DNA of 64,000 nt from Longimicrobiales bacterium (GTDB lineage Bacteria; Gemmatimonadota; Gemmatimonadetes; Longimicrobiales; Gaopeijiaceae): contig CBDCNQ010000004.1 in assembly GCA_965219445.1 (NCBI GenBank), positions 768,001-832,000 on the forward strand, in the 5' to 3' direction. This document shows, one piece after another, positions 57,210 through 64,000 of the stretch; positions within the stretch are counted from its first letter, which is position 1, and every line of letters starts with the position of its first letter. The translations under genes were made by a program, and so were the position numbers. Below the pieces are notes generated by a model that was not told the origin of the DNA, searched no databases, and was given only the letters and a program-made list of their open reading frames with translations.

Positions 57210-59852
57210 TCACCCCGCACGCCGAGCCAACCGCTCGAGCGCGCCGATCAGATCAGGCCGGTCCTTCAGAACCCCCAAGAACGGGTCGCCGCCCTTGAGC
57301 CGCTTCATGCGGGCCGGTACCGTTTTGACCGTATGCTTGCGGATGTCCAGCCGCCCCGTGACTTCGCTCCACTTGAGCGGTGTGGAGACCGCAGCCTCGG
57401 GGACCGGACGGACGCTGAACGGGGCGACGAGGAGCTGGCCGCGGCGGTTCTGGAGAAAGTCCACGTAGACCCTCCCTTCGCGGTCTCGGATCGTCCGCGT
57501 AATGGTGGCGATTTCGGGGAGCTCCGTGACCACAACCTGCGCCAACAAGTGGCCCAGCTGGCGGGACTGCTCATAGTCGCACTGTTGCCCCAGCGGGACC
57601 AGAACGTGAAGACCCGAGGAGCCGCTCGTCTTCACGTACGTGGGCAGCTCGATCTCGTCGCACACATCACGGATGACACGGGCGACTTTCACCACATCCC
57701 CAAAGGGAGCCCCCTTGGGATCGAGGTCCAGAATACACCAGTCCGGCTGGTCGATCGTCGCAATTCTGCTCGACCAGACATGCAGAGGTATGGCGGCCGA
57801 GTTGGCCACGTAAAGGAGGGTCTCCAGGTCTTCCACCACGAAGTAGTCGATCGGCTTCTCGGAACTCTCGCTCCAAACGGACTCAGTCCGTACCCAGTCG
57901 GGCGCCCAGTCGGGGGCGTTCTTCTGATAGAAAGACTTTCCGTGGATCCCATCCGGGTAGCGGGTGAGCACGAGACAACGATCCCCCAAATAGGGCTCGA
58001 TCCACTCCCACGCGGCTCGGTAGTAGTCGATGAGGTCACCCTTCGTGTAGCCCATCTCGGGCCAGAGCTCCTTGTCGAGATTCGTGAAGTGAACGGTACG
58101 ATCGACGGAGTCGTCCGTGACGGGCATTGGAGCGCCCTCTCCACCCTCGCGAGCTCCTCCACCGTCCTCACTCTGTCGGACGCACTCCTGCGGACTCTTG
58201 TCATCCCGAAGGCGCACGAAAGCGGGGTGTCGGATCACTCCTCCCTCGGTGAACTCCTTATAACGGACCTCGGCGACGAGCTCCGGCCGAACCCAGTGAT
58301 GACTGGGACTCTTGGGGACGTTTCCTCCGAGAGCGGGAGCGTTCGCCTTCCCCCCCAGGCCGCCTGAATCCACGTCGGTGGAAGCCTCTAAAGCCCGGAT
58401 GGACTCCATGATCTCATCGAGCATGTCGTCGCTGAAGCCCGTGCCGACACTTCCAGCATAGACGAGCTCCCCGTCGTTCACCTCATCGTACTGTGCCAGG
58501 TGAAGCGCGCCGAAGCCTGGTCGTCCACCTTTCGGATCGGTGTAGCCCACCACGACGAAGTCATCGGTGCGAACAGCCCGAATCTTGTACCAGGAGGTCG
58601 AACGTCCGGACCGATACGGACTGTCCGACTTCTTGGCCACGATGCCCTCGAGCCGCATCGCCGTTACCTGTTCGTACATCGCCTGGCCCTGGGTCTCGAC
58701 GTGATCCGAATAGCGAACCGGACCCACTGTGGGAAGGACCTCACGCAGGATTGCCTTGCGAGCTATCAACGGGAGATCCCGAAGGTCCAGCCCCGCGAAC
58801 GCCAGAAGATCGAAAGCATAGAACGCAGCCGGAAGATCGAGCGCCGCGCGGGCGATGTCGGAGCTCCGCTGCAACCGACCCCTCCGTTGGAGGCGGGAGA
58901 AGCTCGGAAGGCCCGCGTCATCGTGCACCACGACCTCTCCGTCCAGAACGATGCCTCCATACGGAAGGCTACGAACGGCTCGAGCGATGTCGGGGAAGGT
59001 CCCTGTGATGTCGTTCCCGTTTCTCGACCACAGAACCGGCTCCCCCCCTGCCCCGTCCGCGATGAGACGGTATCCGTCGTATTTGATCTCGAAGACCCAC
59101 CCCTCCTTTGTGAAAGGCTCCTCACGCGCGGTGGCCAGCATCACCCTGAGACCTCCTGCCCTGCCGGAAATCGAGCTGGGAGCGGCAGAGCCAGTCGATG
59201 CGGACGAGCCCGCCGGCTTCGACGAGTCGCCTGGCACCCCGAGCTCCCGTGCCTTATCCACAATTTCCCCTTCACGCTCCTGCGGATGGGCGAGTTGATC
59301 GACCAGGAGTCCCGAGTAGATCGAATCGTCGGGAAAGGCTTCCGTGCCGCGCCCATCGACGTAGCCGTCCCGCTCTTTGATGAGGAGCCAGTGGCTCTCA
59401 CCCCGCTTGGGGGTATGTACGAGAGTCCAGCGGCCCCTGAGCTTGTAGCCATGCAGCTCGAATAGCAGCTTGCCATGCTCGATTCCATGGTCGTCCCCCG
59501 GGATTTCGCTCCATACGCCCTTGTCCCAGCAAATCGACGGGCCGGCACCGTACTGGCCCTCGGGAATGACCCCCTCGAATTCCGCATACTCCAATGGGTG
59601 GGGCTCCACGTGCATGGCAAGCCGCTTGTCCGCTGGATCCGGGGAAGGCCCCTTCGGAACGGCCCAGGACTCCAGAACGCCGTCCATCTCGAGCCGCAGA
59701 TCCCAGTGGAGCGAGCTGGCGTGATGCTTTTGAACCACGAAGATCCGCCGCTCGCCCAGGGGGGCTCCCCCCCCGAGCGGTTCCGGAGTTTCTCGGGCTG
59801 AACGCTTGTCGCGGTAGCGCTCGAGCTTGTCATCGCGGGAGCCTGTAGACAT
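57210..59852 (-). CDS. ligD: NHEJ DNA ligase D (phosphoesterase-ligase-polymerase)
   Basis: FVVQKH.A..LHWDLRLE, SWAVPKGP; EIKYDGYR, LDGE, EGIVAK; TKGDLIDYY, RYPDG, DLDP, KTSG..GLHV, DFLQN. Confidence 0.97.
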   Translation of the reverse strand: MSTGSRDDKLERYRDKRSARETPEPLGGGAPLGERRIFVVQKHHASSLHWDLRLEMDGVLESWAVPKGPSPDPADKRLAMHVEPHPLEYAEFEGVIPEGQYGAGPSICWDKGVWSEIPGDDHGIEHGKLLFELHGYKLRGRWTLVHTPKRGESHWLLIKERDGYVDGRGTEAFPDDSIYSGLLVDQLAHPQEREGEIVDKARELGVPGDSSKPAGSSASTGSAAPSSISGRAGGLRVMLATAREEPFTKEGWVFEIKYDGYRLIADGAGGEPVLWSRNGNDITGTFPDIARAVRSLPYGGIVLDGEVVVHDDAGLPSFSRLQRRGRLQRSSDIARAALDLPAAFYAFDLLAFAGLDLRDLPLIARKAILREVLPTVGPVRYSDHVETQGQAMYEQVTAMRLEGIVAKKSDSPYRSGRSTSWYKIRAVRTDDFVVVGYTDPKGGRPGFGALHLAQYDEVNDGELVYAGSVGTGFSDDMLDEIMESIRALEASTDVDSGGLGGKANAPALGGNVPKSPSHHWVRPELVAEVRYKEFTEGGVIRHPAFVRLRDDKSPQECVRQSEDGGGAREGGEGAPMPVTDDSVDRTVHFTNLDKELWPEMGYTKGDLIDYYRAAWEWIEPYLGDRCLVLTRYPDGIHGKSFYQKNAPDWAPDWVRTESVWSESSEKPIDYFVVEDLETLLYVANSAAIPLHVWSSRIATIDQPDWCILDLDPKGAPFGDVVKVARVIRDVCDEIELPTYVKTSGSSGLHVLVPLGQQCDYEQSRQLGHLLAQVVVTELPEIATITRTIRDREGRVYVDFLQNRRGQLLVAPFSVRPVPEAAVSTPLKWSEVTGRLDIRKHTVKTVPARMKRLKGGDPFLGVLKDRPDLIGALERLARRAG

Positions 59853-60020
59853 GGGTCAGGTTAACGAAATCCTGGCCCGACGCACCACCGCTTTCCCCTC
59901 TTTTCGGAATAGGCCGAGGTCATTAGCGTAGGAACTCCCTATTCCCGCCTGTGCCGTGAGCACTTTCGATCGTGAGATCGAGCCCCCCGTCGTGATTTCC
60001 GTTGCGCTGCGTGAAGCCAT

Positions 60021-60032
60021 GAACATATGTTT
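60021..60032. promoter_or_regulatory. GAAC-N4-GTTT palindrome (SOS-box-like) over the putative ku -10 element
   Basis: TGAACATATGTTTA, 35 nt before the ku ATG; TTGCGC at 60002. Confidence 0.45.
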
Positions 60033-60067
60033 AGGCCCGCACCCCCGGTTTAAGGAGTAGTCTTCAC

Positions 60068-60916
60068 ATGGCCGCACGCTCAATCGCAACTTCGACGATC
60101 TCGTTCGGGCTGGTTTCGCTCCCGGTAAAGCTGTATGCCACGGCCGAATCGAAAGCACGCATCTCATTCAACATGGTGCACAAGACCTGTGGCACGCGCG
60201 TGAAGCAGCAGTATATCTGCCCTAAGGACGACGAGATTGTCCCTCGGGAAGACATCGTTAAGGGTTATGAGTTCGCCAAGGGCCAGTATGTGCTATTCAG
60301 CCCTGATGAGCTCAAAGCAGTCGAGCAGCCCAAGACAGACTCGATCGAAATCACCGAGTTCGTGCCCGCGGACCAGGTGGAACGGCTCTATTTCGATCGG
60401 GCCTATTACTTGGGGCCGGACAAGGGTGGCGCCCGTGCGTACCGGCTACTCTCGGCTGCGCTGGCGCAGACCGACCGAGTCGCGATCGCAAAACACGCCA
60501 CGCGAGGCAAGCAGCATCTCGTAATGGTCCGCCCTTTCGAGGGAGGCTTGCTCATGGAGCAACTTCGTTACGCCAATGAGGTCCGCTCCTTCTCGGAAGT
60601 TCCGCTGGAAGAGGGTGACGTGGACGACTCGGAACTCGACCTCGCGGTCAAGCTCGTGGACCAGGCATCGTCCGACGCATTCCAGGCGGCCGACTACCAG
60701 GACGATGTTCACGAGCGCATGCTCGAGCTCATCCAGCAGAAGGTCGACGGCGAGGACATCGTCACAGTGGCCCACGAGGAGCCTCAGACTCAGATCATCG
60801 ACCTGATGGCGGCCCTTAAGGCGAGCCTCGCCGAGGAGGGTACTGAACGGAAACCGGCGAAAGCGGCGTCGGGGAAGAAAAGGAAGGCGCCCGCCCGAAA
60901 GAGGGCCTCGAGCTGA
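60068..60916 (+). CDS. ku: NHEJ Ku protein
   Basis: ISFGLVSLPVKLY.A, IVKGYE, YYL.P, AY.LL..AL, IIDLM.ALKASL, basic C-terminal tail. Confidence 0.96.
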   Translation: MAARSIATSTISFGLVSLPVKLYATAESKARISFNMVHKTCGTRVKQQYICPKDDEIVPREDIVKGYEFAKGQYVLFSPDELKAVEQPKTDSIEITEFVPADQVERLYFDRAYYLGPDKGGARAYRLLSAALAQTDRVAIAKHATRGKQHLVMVRPFEGGLLMEQLRYANEVRSFSEVPLEEGDVDDSELDLAVKLVDQASSDAFQAADYQDDVHERMLELIQQKVDGEDIVTVAHEEPQTQIIDLMAALKASLAEEGTERKPAKAASGKKRKAPARKRASS

Positions 60917-61731
60917 GAGGGTACACGACCCGACAAGTGACCGAGATTCTCGGCATCCCTGCGTCCCGCCTTCGTTCGCTCGCGCGTTCGGGCCTCGTCG
61001 AACCGGAGCGTGGCAGCAGGAACGAGTATCGTTTCTCCTTCGCCGACGTCATCCTCCTCAGAACCACCCGAGACTTGATGCAGTCTGGCATCCCCTTACG
61101 CCAAGTGAAACGCGTGCTGAACTCGCTCCGCCGCCAGCTCCCCGAGGATCAACCCCTCAGCGCCCTCCACATCACTTCCGACGGCGATTCCGTCGTGGTC
61201 AAGGAAGAGAAGACCGTGTGGGATCCGCAGACCGAGCAGGTGCATCTGGATTTTTCCGTTCAGGAACTGGCGGAGAAGATCGCACCCATCGCGGGAGCGA
61301 TGGTGGAGCTCACGCCCCTCTCGGAAATGACAGCCGACGATTGGTACAACCTGGCTCTGGATCTGGAGGGTGTGGCGACCGACCGTGCCACCGAAGCTTA
61401 CAGTCGTGCAATAGCACTCCACCCTGGCCACGTGCATGCCCATCTCAATCTGGGACGGCTGCTCCACGAGGCCGGCGAGATCGCATCGGCCGAGGTCCAT
61501 TACCGCCAGGCTCTCTCCGCGAATCCCGAGTCGGCCCTCGCGGCATTCAATCTAGGTGTGGCGTTGGAGGATCTGGAGAGAGTGGGGGAAGCGATTGAAG
61601 CCTACGAGAGGGCCATTCACTTCGAGCCAGACACGGCTTCGGCCCATTACAACCTTTCTCGCCTCTACGAGAAAAAGGGCCAGACCAAAGAGGCGCTCCA
61701 GCACCTCGCAGATTATAAGCGCCTCGTTTAG
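60913..61731 (+). CDS. MerR-type HTH + TPR protein (probable CTG start at 60913; first canonical start GTG 60937)
   Basis: GYTTRQVTEILGI...LR...RSGLV.P.R....YRFSFADV; four TPR units (WYNLAL, AHLNLGRLL, AAFNLGVAL, AHYNLSRLY). Confidence 0.85.
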   Translation: MRGYTTRQVTEILGIPASRLRSLARSGLVEPERGSRNEYRFSFADVILLRTTRDLMQSGIPLRQVKRVLNSLRRQLPEDQPLSALHITSDGDSVVVKEEKTVWDPQTEQVHLDFSVQELAEKIAPIAGAMVELTPLSEMTADDWYNLALDLEGVATDRATEAYSRAIALHPGHVHAHLNLGRLLHEAGEIASAEVHYRQALSANPESALAAFNLGVALEDLERVGEAIEAYERAIHFEPDTASAHYNLSRLYEKKGQTKEALQHLADYKRLV

Positions 61732-61742
61732 AGACCAGTCGA

Positions 61743-62546
61743 CTAGGGACCCGTCGACATCCGATCAAGGAACCGACGCTCCTCCGGCGAGAGGGACCCC
61801 ACTCCTTGCCGATCGACTCGAGCCAACAGTTCCTCGACTTCATTCCGATTGAGGTCGTGTATCGACGCCAAGTCGATGGACGCCCAGCGCCCCCTAGCAT
61901 CGCGCTCGGAACCCTCCATCGAAGCGGTATGCTGAACCTTGCGCTGGAAGTCCCGCCGATCCTTGCCCAAACGCCGGTCGCGCAGGCGAAGATACCCTGC
62001 GCCCACCGCGAGCCCGCCCAGGTGGGCGAAGTGTGCCGTGCCGCCATCCGATCCCGTGATCCCACTGTATAAGCTGATAGCCACGACGGCGACGGCCAGC
62101 CAGCGAGTTTGGACCGGCAGCACTCCGTAGATGTAGATCGGCTCCCGGGGCCAATACATGGCAAACCCAATAATGATGCCGTACACGGCCGCCGACGCCC
62201 CCACGACGGGAGCACCGTAGGAGAACGCGAATGTAAAGGCCGCGCCACCGAGACCACTCAGGAAGTAGAGCCCCAAGAAGCCTCTCGCCCCAAGGCGCGA
62301 TTCGAGGCGCGGTCCGAAAAAGAAGAGGCCGATCATGTTGAAGAGCAGGTGCATCAGCCCTGCGTGCAAGAACATGTACGTGAAGAGGGTCCAAGGCCGG
62401 AACGGCATTGCCGGGATGAAAACCTGGTCGAGCCCCACGACGGCCGGTGGAAACAGAGTCAGGAGGGCGTACGGGAGCGTTCCCGACGGCAGCACCAGGG
62501 CCACCATCACATTCGTCACCAGAAGCCGGGTCACCCAAGGTGTCAT
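61743..62546 (-). CDS. Rhomboid family intramembrane serine protease
   Basis: PWTLFTYMFLH, HLLFNM..L..FG..LE, GASAA, AHFAHLGG. Confidence 0.93.
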   Translation of the reverse strand: MTPWVTRLLVTNVMVALVLPSGTLPYALLTLFPPAVVGLDQVFIPAMPFRPWTLFTYMFLHAGLMHLLFNMIGLFFFGPRLESRLGARGFLGLYFLSGLGGAAFTFAFSYGAPVVGASAAVYGIIIGFAMYWPREPIYIYGVLPVQTRWLAVAVVAISLYSGITGSDGGTAHFAHLGGLAVGAGYLRLRDRRLGKDRRDFQRKVQHTASMEGSERDARGRWASIDLASIHDLNRNEVEELLARVDRQGVGSLSPEERRFLDRMSTGP

Positions 62547-62692
62547 ATGCCGATCGCTTCTCCTGTGGAGAGGGGAATTTTCATGAAACGATAAAGCCGT
62601 GATCCCTAGATCCCAAGCGAATCATCCCACGATCCCTATGCCCTCTCCGGTGTCCCGCCCCCGCTCCGGAGCAACAAAATCAGCCGAGCTAC

Positions 62693-63949
62693 TCACCTCA
62701 GCCGCTCCAGTCCGAGGGGGCCCGCCGGAAGTGACGTACGTTTATCCAACACGTACCCCTCGATCAATTTTCCGGTCACTGGACCGAGTGTAAGCCCGAG
62801 CATCGCGTGCCCTGTTGCCACAAAGAGCCCGGATTGCCCTGGGACCGGACCCACGTACGGAATCCCGTCGGGAGTGCACGGCCTGAGCCCGCACCACTCC
62901 GAGCGGATCACCGCACCCCGTACACCATCCAAGTAGGTCTCGGCGGCGGCGGTCAACTGCTTCAAGCGCTGCGGTCGCATCTCGTGGTTGACGCCTGAAA
63001 ACTCGAGGGTGCCGGCCAAACGTGTGAACCCGGCCATTGGCGTGCAAAAGACGGAAGTCTCGGTAAGAACACACGCGATACTCAATGGGCGGGGGCCAGC
63101 AGCCGCGTGCTCGAGATCCCGGTGATAGCCCTTCCCGGCTTGGACCGGAAGACGGAGCCCGAATTTCCTCGCCAGGCCCCCGCCGTAGGATCCTGTCGCG
63201 AGGACCACCGCATCCGCGTTCAGAATTCTGCCATCCTCGAGGCGCACGCCCCTCACCTCGCTTCCAGTACTCAGGATTTCCGAAACGCCGTGCCCTGTCT
63301 CGATCCGTGCTCCACGGCGAACCGATCGGTCCGCCAGCTCCACCACGAACCGATGGGGGTCGCATGTCGCCGCCTCCGGGAAGTGGACGCCGCCCACGAC
63401 GCCCTCGAGAATGGCGGGCTCGATCTCGCTCAATTCGTCTCCGTCCATTTGGCGGGGGTGATATCCGTACTGCCTCATCATGGCTGCATCATGCGTCACT
63501 TCGGCGAATCCCTTCTTGGTGCGGCAGATCTCGTAATAGCCACTGCGCTGGTAGTCGCAACTCAGGCGCTCGGATTCGACCAGGACGTCGAACAGGTCGA
63601 GAGAGGCCTGCCCGAGCGGAGCCAGCGCACCCATGCTCACTGAAAGGTGGTGGTCGGTGCAGAACGTGCGGAACATCCACAACCATCGAAACAGGCTCGG
63701 ATCCCACCGCACCGGGATGTAGAGCGGGCTCCTTGGGTTGAGAAGCTCCAAAAGAGAGCGCCGGATTCTGCCTGGCTTGTTGAGGGGTGGATGCCCAGGC
63801 GCAATCGTTCCAGCGTTGCCGAATGAAGCCCCACCACCGATCTCGTCCCGCTCCACCAAAGTGACGTCGGCACCCGCCTTGGCCAGGAAGTAGGCGGAAC
63901 ACACACCGATCACGCCGCCACCGACGACTACGACGCGATGTTCGGCCAT
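62693..63949 (-). CDS. FAD-dependent D-amino acid dehydrogenase (DadA-like)
   Basis: VVGGGVIG, ASFGNAG, GKGY, RLAGT.E, W.GLRP.TPDG.P.VG, TGH.MLG.TLGP.TG. Confidence 0.9.
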   Translation of the reverse strand: MAEHRVVVVGGGVIGVCSAYFLAKAGADVTLVERDEIGGGASFGNAGTIAPGHPPLNKPGRIRRSLLELLNPRSPLYIPVRWDPSLFRWLWMFRTFCTDHHLSVSMGALAPLGQASLDLFDVLVESERLSCDYQRSGYYEICRTKKGFAEVTHDAAMMRQYGYHPRQMDGDELSEIEPAILEGVVGGVHFPEAATCDPHRFVVELADRSVRRGARIETGHGVSEILSTGSEVRGVRLEDGRILNADAVVLATGSYGGGLARKFGLRLPVQAGKGYHRDLEHAAAGPRPLSIACVLTETSVFCTPMAGFTRLAGTLEFSGVNHEMRPQRLKQLTAAAETYLDGVRGAVIRSEWCGLRPCTPDGIPYVGPVPGQSGLFVATGHAMLGLTLGPVTGKLIEGYVLDKRTSLPAGPLGLERLR

Positions 63950-64000
63950 GGGGGCTCGCCCCGCCACTTGGGGGGCGGGGTGTCCGCGGTCCTCCGGTGG

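Noticed and set aside
62579..62636. TTTCATGAAA palindrome and repeated ATCCC upstream of the rhomboid gene
   Set aside because: Short and irregularly spaced; not distinguishable from chance.
1..64000. tRNA, rRNA, integrase, transposase or prophage genes
   Set aside because: None recognised by eye; a covariance-model scan would be needed to exclude small RNAs.

Overview
GC-rich bacterial chromosomal window with about 55 genes. The lineage is most likely Gemmatimonadota (Longimicrobiales-like); this is inferred mainly from the characteristic 'LEG[R]YAIERELGEGGMATVY...KVLKPELAAVVGAERFLAEI' Ser/Thr kinase with a TolB-like propeller. Core content: hemB-hemE, ilvB/ilvN (unusually divergent), SahR-like regulator plus ahcY, dnaE, msrA, a persulfide module (cysteine synthase-rhodanese, ArsR-rhodanese, MBL hydrolase, MFS), transporters, a VapBC pair, M14 peptidases, and an NHEJ locus (ligD divergent from ku). 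I saw no rRNA, tRNA, CRISPR array, integrase or transposase. Most notable observations: (1) ku appears translationally coupled, through a probable CTG start in a CTGA overlap, to an uncharacterised MerR-HTH/TPR gene, behind a GAAC-N4-GTTT SOS-like box. (2) A DUF222-HNH (REP13E12-like) gene carries four different minisatellites, a 16-bp palindrome with a second degenerate copy, and an in-frame extension beyond its stop. (3) A 22-bp-phased, bidirectional operator-like array lies between a coupled PQQ-dehydrogenase/epimerase/membrane-protein/DedA operon and a TPR gene. (4) There are repeated 24-bp in-frame tandem duplications and deletion scars (GH88 core missing, phosphotransferase stub, homopolymer frameshift). 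All family assignments are from motifs read by eye; no database search was run.
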